This document shows, in pieces, positions 58,984 through 64,000 of a stretch of DNA of 64,000 bases; position 1 is the first letter of the stretch, and each line of letters starts with the position of its first letter. This stretch comes from Neodothiora populina (lineage: Eukaryota). The translations under genes and the position numbers were made by a program. The stretch is from NCBI RefSeq assembly GCF_041146345.1, contig NW_027191402.1, positions 558,001 to 622,000 on the forward strand. The letters run 5' to 3'. Under the pieces are notes generated by a model. It saw nothing but the letters and a program-made list of their open reading frames with translations, made no database searches and was not told where the DNA came from.

Positions 58984-61666
58984 ATGCACCGGCTCTTTAA
59001 GGTTCGCCTGTCAGTCCAGAAAACACGTTGCTCATCCTTCCCTTTCTAATACCACACCCCTACAGAATCGTGCGACGGCAAAAGCGTCGCTGATGGACAA
59101 GTCTTCCTCGTCTCGCCATGTGGACACTTCGTCACGCCTTGAGGGACCCCTGCCAGTAACGCGGGTCCCACCCTCTGCCCATGATACACCTGGGAAGACG
59201 GCTGGTGAGCCATTGATCCAGGACTTCCAACTTCAGTACTCGAGCCCTCGCAAGGACCGAGTGCGAGAGCGAGCACCTCAGTCCATCCGGATCGAGAAGC
59301 CTGTGTATGTAGAGGACCTTGATACAGACGTATTCTCTCAGCACTCTTTAAGTGAAGAGGCCCCTCCACCACCAGACTTTTCTCGAAAGCCGTTGCACCG
59401 GCCCGTTAGGTCCGTTCTCACCTCACCTGAATGCCATCCGGCTGCTTCGTCTGGGCTAACGTGACACAGCAGCAGCAGTAGCAGCATCAGGACGGCGCAT
59501 CGTGTACGTGGGCTTCCATCGCAAGCCGGAACTTCGTCTATGCCCACTACTCCAGATTCCCGTGAAGGGAGTTCCTTCGATTCTGCATTTTCTGCCGAGA
59601 CAACGGCCAGTTCCATCTCCACGCTTCCCCCCTTGCAGACCAAGGGGTTCTCAGATGAAGCAGGCAGCAGACTTGATCCTTTATTGGAAGAAGATGACCC
59701 GCAGAACTTTGATCTCGTCGCTGCCCCGGCAGAGCAGACGACTGGCGTCTATGGACTGGAAGTTCGTGCGGAGCATATGTTCTCGAGCGCACATCTTGAA
59801 ATGATATTTGCCGATTCTAAGCAACTCCTGAAGTTCACCAACTTTCTCAATAACTATCGAGTCCAGAGCATTCCGGTCCTGATCTATTATCTGGACGCTC
59901 TGAAAGCCATGCGCGCTATCAGCTATGCGAATGCGATATCAGAAGCCCTTGAGCCGATACGGGGTCATGGTTTCACAGAGCAAGCGCCGCAGTCTACCCA
60001 AAACCTGGCTCTCCAGGAGAAAGCGGAGAGAGCCTTCGAGGTTCTTGTACGGGAGGATCTGCCCGCTTATATAGTCCATGTGTGGATCCAGGTGGTGAGT
60101 GTGTCAATTCAACGACGAGTCACCGGCACCCTTGCGCCGCATCTAAGGGAGGCTTCGGAGGGCTTGGCTGAGGTCTTTTGCTTGTCGGACCCGTCAAGGC
60201 CTGATAATCCAATCGTTTTTGCATCAGAAGGTCAGTATACTTGAGTGGTCCACTGTTATCCAATTTGAGCTGACGCCGAAACTGCAGAGTTCCATCGTAC
60301 TACTCAATACGGAATCAACTATGCCATAGGCCGCAATTGTCGATTCCTGCAAGGTCCCCGAACTAACCCCAACTCTGTACGAAGGCTAGCAGAGGCCTGC
60401 AAGAATGCCAAAGAGCACAGCGAGGTCTTTGTGAACTAGTGAGGATATCCTATCAAGCAACGTTGCAGTGCAAACTAACATGTCATAGTCGAAGGGATGG
60501 ATCTCCATTCATGAATTTGCTAATGGTTGCGCCGTTGTTCGACTCGAAAGGAACCCTACGCTACTACGTTGGCGCCCAAGTCGACGTCTCCGGTCTCGCA
60601 AAGGATTGCACAGACCTTGATGCATTGGCTAAAGTAGTCGCTCGTGACGAGGATCCGAAATTTGCCGCCGAGGACGACGCAGAAAACCAAAAGGACGAAT
60701 TTCAGAGCTTGAGCGAGATGTTCAACGTGGCCGAACTTGATACCGTGAGGAATCACGGTGGGCGCATGCACCGGCAAATCGTAGACGAAAGTGATAGAGA
60801 GAGTATTGCGTCACATCGGCCGCGCCTTCTTCTACACGACCCCATAACGGACAACTCATTCGATCAGAGCAATGGTACCAGCATCCGCGACAGTGCAAGC
60901 CTCCCCGCAGGCCTCAATGGAAGACTAGAGGGCGTGTATCAGCACGTAAGTGACAATAATCCAACTCCTCTAATTCATCGCAACTTGACTAACAATGCCG
61001 CAGTACCTCCTAGTGCGCCCCGCACCTTCTCTGCGAATCCTCTTCACATCGCCCTCGCTTCGAGTCCCAGGCATTCTCCAATCCCCCTTCCTGTCCCGCA
61101 TAGGAGGATCCTCACGAGTACGCGCAGATCTCAGCCAAGCGCTGAGCGAAGGACGCGGGGTGACAGCCAAAGTCCGCTGGCTGACGAAGATCGACTCCGA
61201 CGGCGACGGCGAGGGCCGCGCACGATGGATCCACGCGACGCCGCTATACGGCCACACGGGCTCCGTAGGTGTATGGATGGTCCTGCTCGTCGACGACCAT
61301 GACAGTATCGGGTCCAGCGAGGCCCGAAGGCGCTTCAGACCTGCTCCGCCTGTGGCGTCGACGATCGCCGGCAGAGATTTCGATGGGCGAGCGCCGGCAC
61401 GCGAGAAGAATCGCGATTCGAATAAGATGGATCGATTTCTTCCTCCTCAGCAGCAGCAGTTTTCTCTCGAAGGCCCCGAGTGGCCCATGAGTCCGGACTC
61501 GCTAGGCGGATGGCAGGCCGAGAGTAGCTCGACGGCGCAACGTCTACGCGGCAGCGGCGGCGGCGGTCCACCACCACATGTGGTTCATCTGGACAAGAGG
61601 CGGACACCGAGCATCAACAGCGGGCGGGGAACAGCGGCCAGTGAGTTGTCGTTCCAGCTGAAGTGA
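58984..61666 (+). CDS. RGS-LOV(PAS)-DUF blue-light photoreceptor-like protein
   Basis: Predicted exons 58984-59001, 59066-59409, 59470-60230, 60288-60438, 60489-60945 and 61004-61666. LOV core EVFCLSDPSRPDNPIVFASEEF...IGRNCRFLQGP...NYRRDGSPFMNLL...GAQVDV. An RGS-like helical region lies upstream and a PAS-like C-terminal domain (IHATPL...VGVWMV) downstream. The start could alternatively be ATG 59093. Confidence 0.88.
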
Positions 61667-62586
61667 ACGGGTGAAAGGGAAAGACTTTTAAAAAGGGTCG
61701 ACGGTGGGCGGGTTTTTTTCTGTCTTTCAAGTCTGGGTGCTTGAGGTAGGCCCTCCTGCATCGTGCGTCCCTCTTCTTGCTCATGTTATATACCCTTTTT
61801 GCCTATCAGCGGTAAGGTAGGTAGATATTAAGTACATCGTGTTGCATTGCGCTGCCCTTCCCTTGTGTGCATGACTTGACTGGCACCAGTGATTCACCGG
61901 GTTACTTTGCTTGTATGTCTTGGCCCCCTACACTCATCCCAGACTGGATCCATGTGTCCCAGCTCTCATGTGCAACACTAGACACCATCTGGCCTGACCG
62001 GCAGAGTCCTCTATCACGTATACCTTGTGTCGAGACCCATGGGTTTCCCTATGCTGCAGCGGCAGGGATCCACGATGGCCTCCAACGTGCCCAGACATAG
62101 TCCTCCTTGAGCATCACCCTCGACTGATTCCATGTAGCCCTTCTACGCCCAGATCGTCGTGGGTATCCATGGTCAACAGACGAAGATACTCTCGTGTCCC
62201 GATATGCCACCGCGTCATAACTAGTGTCCTGTGTCCATCCAATACCATCACAGTCGGTGGGAGGTTCGAACGTGACCTCGACCGGGGCGTTGATGGACGA
62301 TGACCCTGGCCCGTCTTGGTGATCTCCTTGTGCAACGTCTTGCTGTTGTGCAGGGGGTGAGAAGAGGGAGATGCACTCTGTTGGCGTGGGATATGGCTGC
62401 GTTCTTTTGAGCTACGCTGAGCTGAGCTGAGCTGGTCGGGTTTCTCTCGGAGCAGGAGAATGTGGCACAGCTCAATCCCGTATGCCATGAACCCCACCCC
62501 CCACTCCAGATCGAGTCCCAAAGATTCCCTCGCCCACCGCCCACCATCTCATCAAGAAGAAAAGGAAGACGTCGAGAAAAAAGGAA

Positions 62587-63408
62587 TCACCAAACCTCCC
62601 CCGGATCAACCCTAACCTCCTCTCCATTCTCCCTAACCGTCTGCCTCTTGACATCCCTCGACAGCGGCTTGCGCATGTCAAACGCATCACTGCCATCATT
62701 GTAATAATCCGTAATGCGTCTGTACACCGAATAGCCCATCTTGCGATACAAATCGATAGCAGCCGTGTTCTCGACTCTGACGAACAAATCCACGAACCAG
62801 GCGTTTTCGCGCTCGCCGGCTTGTTCGAGCGCAGAGGAAAGCCGGGTCGCGTGGCCTAGGCGACGGGCCGAGGGCGAGACGGTCAGGCAGGTTATGTGCG
62901 CGTGCCAGGGCAGGTAGTTGGGGAATTTGGACGTGTAGATCGAGTGGCCTGGGTCGTAGGGTTCTCGCGGCGCCGGGTAGGGGGAGGATTCGACTTTGCC
63001 GAGGACTGTGGACTGGGTGAGTTGTTGGACATCTAGATTGGTTTGTGGTGTGTAGTGGCTTGGTACCAGTGAGGTGATGGGGGTGCTGGGAGTCCCGTCT
63101 TGCTACGCTTGTCGCTGCTGCTGTCTTCTGCAGTTGACGGTTTATCTTCGCTTTCTCTACCTTTACGTCCCCATTCCATCCCAAGCCGACTCACCAACCA
63201 CCAAAAACAGGAAACAGAAAAGAAAGGAGAAAAACTCACTATACCCCTCCACCTCGCCCTCCCTGCCCTCAATAACCATACACAGCTCAGGCCACTTGGA
63301 GAAATACTCGAGGTAAAACCCGATATTATACGTTTCCGTGAGGTGGTCCAGGTTGCACGGGTTGAAACTCAAGAGATCCATGGGCGTCATTGGGCGGACG
63401 GACGTCAT
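62587..63408 (-). CDS. NAT3: N-terminal acetyltransferase B catalytic subunit (Naa20)
   Basis: MTSVRPM...NLDHLTETYNIGFYLEYFSKWP. Intron 63239-63006 joins to ILGKVE...WHAHITCLTV...FVDLFVRVEN..AIDLYRKMGYSVYRRI..YY...DAFDMRKPLSRD. Confidence 0.96.
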
Positions 63409-64000
63409 TATTTCTTGGTTTCTTTTATGTTTTTGTCTCTATGTGTGAGTGCTGGATTTGGTACGCTGGTGGGTGCAGTGATGTGCGATGGCGGGCTCCT
63501 AGGCCGAGGGCAAAGTCGGATAGGATCGTCTGTCTCTGGATTGCTCCTGTTATATTTCTCCTCTCTTCTTCTTCTTGCGGTCTGAGGTGTGTAGTCTTTC
63601 TTGATTGGAGTTGCCAAAGTCCAATATAGCGGTAGTGACGGTGTGCGGAGTCGATTCTTCGCGATTGTGGATGGCAAGGTGTGGTGACTTTCGTAGTTGT
63701 CGGTGTTGCTGTATGGAGAGATTATTTGGAGTTGGAGCCGGCGGAAATACACTAGTTCCTGGGAAATGTGTACGGGGCGACCCTGTCTATGTATTTCGAC
63801 TTCGGCGTCATGGGTCAGCACATCTTCTTTCGAGTCGGTCACTCGTGGCACGGATCGACTCATACAGTATACCGATATCTCTTCTTGTGATTCCTCCATT
63901 TGTCTACCCTTGTGTGTTGATGCAAGTAAGCAAAAGGACGACACGTCCTAATCGATCATCTATGCTCATGTGTGGGAGAAAGTACAGTTCAATGTACGTT

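Noticed and set aside
59462..59464. In-frame TGA between two same-frame ORFs (58700..59464 and 59540..60244), suggesting readthrough or selenocysteine
   Set aside because: The stop lies inside a canonical 60-nt intron (GTCCGT at 59410, GCTAAC branch site, CAG at 59469).
61700..62550. Short ORFs between the RGS-LOV and NAT3 stop codons, and ORF 63408..63944 upstream of NAT3
   Set aside because: No recognisable protein features or splice-supported gene model.

Overview
This is gene-dense nuclear DNA from a filamentous ascomycete. The short GT-AG introns with CTRAY-type branch sites and the protein families point to Pezizomycotina; Dothideomycetes is my inference. I assembled 21 protein-coding genes by hand from the ORF track and splice signals: a MIL1/DUF726 lipase-like protein (3' end cut by the window edge), UTP23, PPE1, NOP14, a small membrane-anchored unknown, a multi-pass alpha/beta-hydrolase, BRR2, CTR2, BNA1, ORC3, a mitochondrial PPR-like protein, a G-patch protein, a DCAF4/WDR21-like WD40 protein, an Ebp1/AFF-like protein, LOS1, a DUF8004-type unknown, a Myb-like protein, NTO1, cystinosin/ERS1, an RGS-LOV photoreceptor and NAT3. 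I found no transposon, CRISPR array, rRNA, convincing tRNA or biosynthetic gene cluster, so this reads as core housekeeping chromosome and I cannot support a new multi-gene system. The best leads are: (i) a BNA1 whose only upstream ATG adds an apparent mitochondrial presequence; (ii) in-frame alternative 3' splice sites in CTR2 that would include or remove an ExxxLL vacuolar sorting signal; (iii) an RGS-LOV protein without the polybasic membrane-binding linker; (iv) a TAAGGTA heptamer seen 18 times, always in non-coding DNA; (v) an orphan Pol III B-box. Exon boundaries were read by eye and need transcript confirmation.
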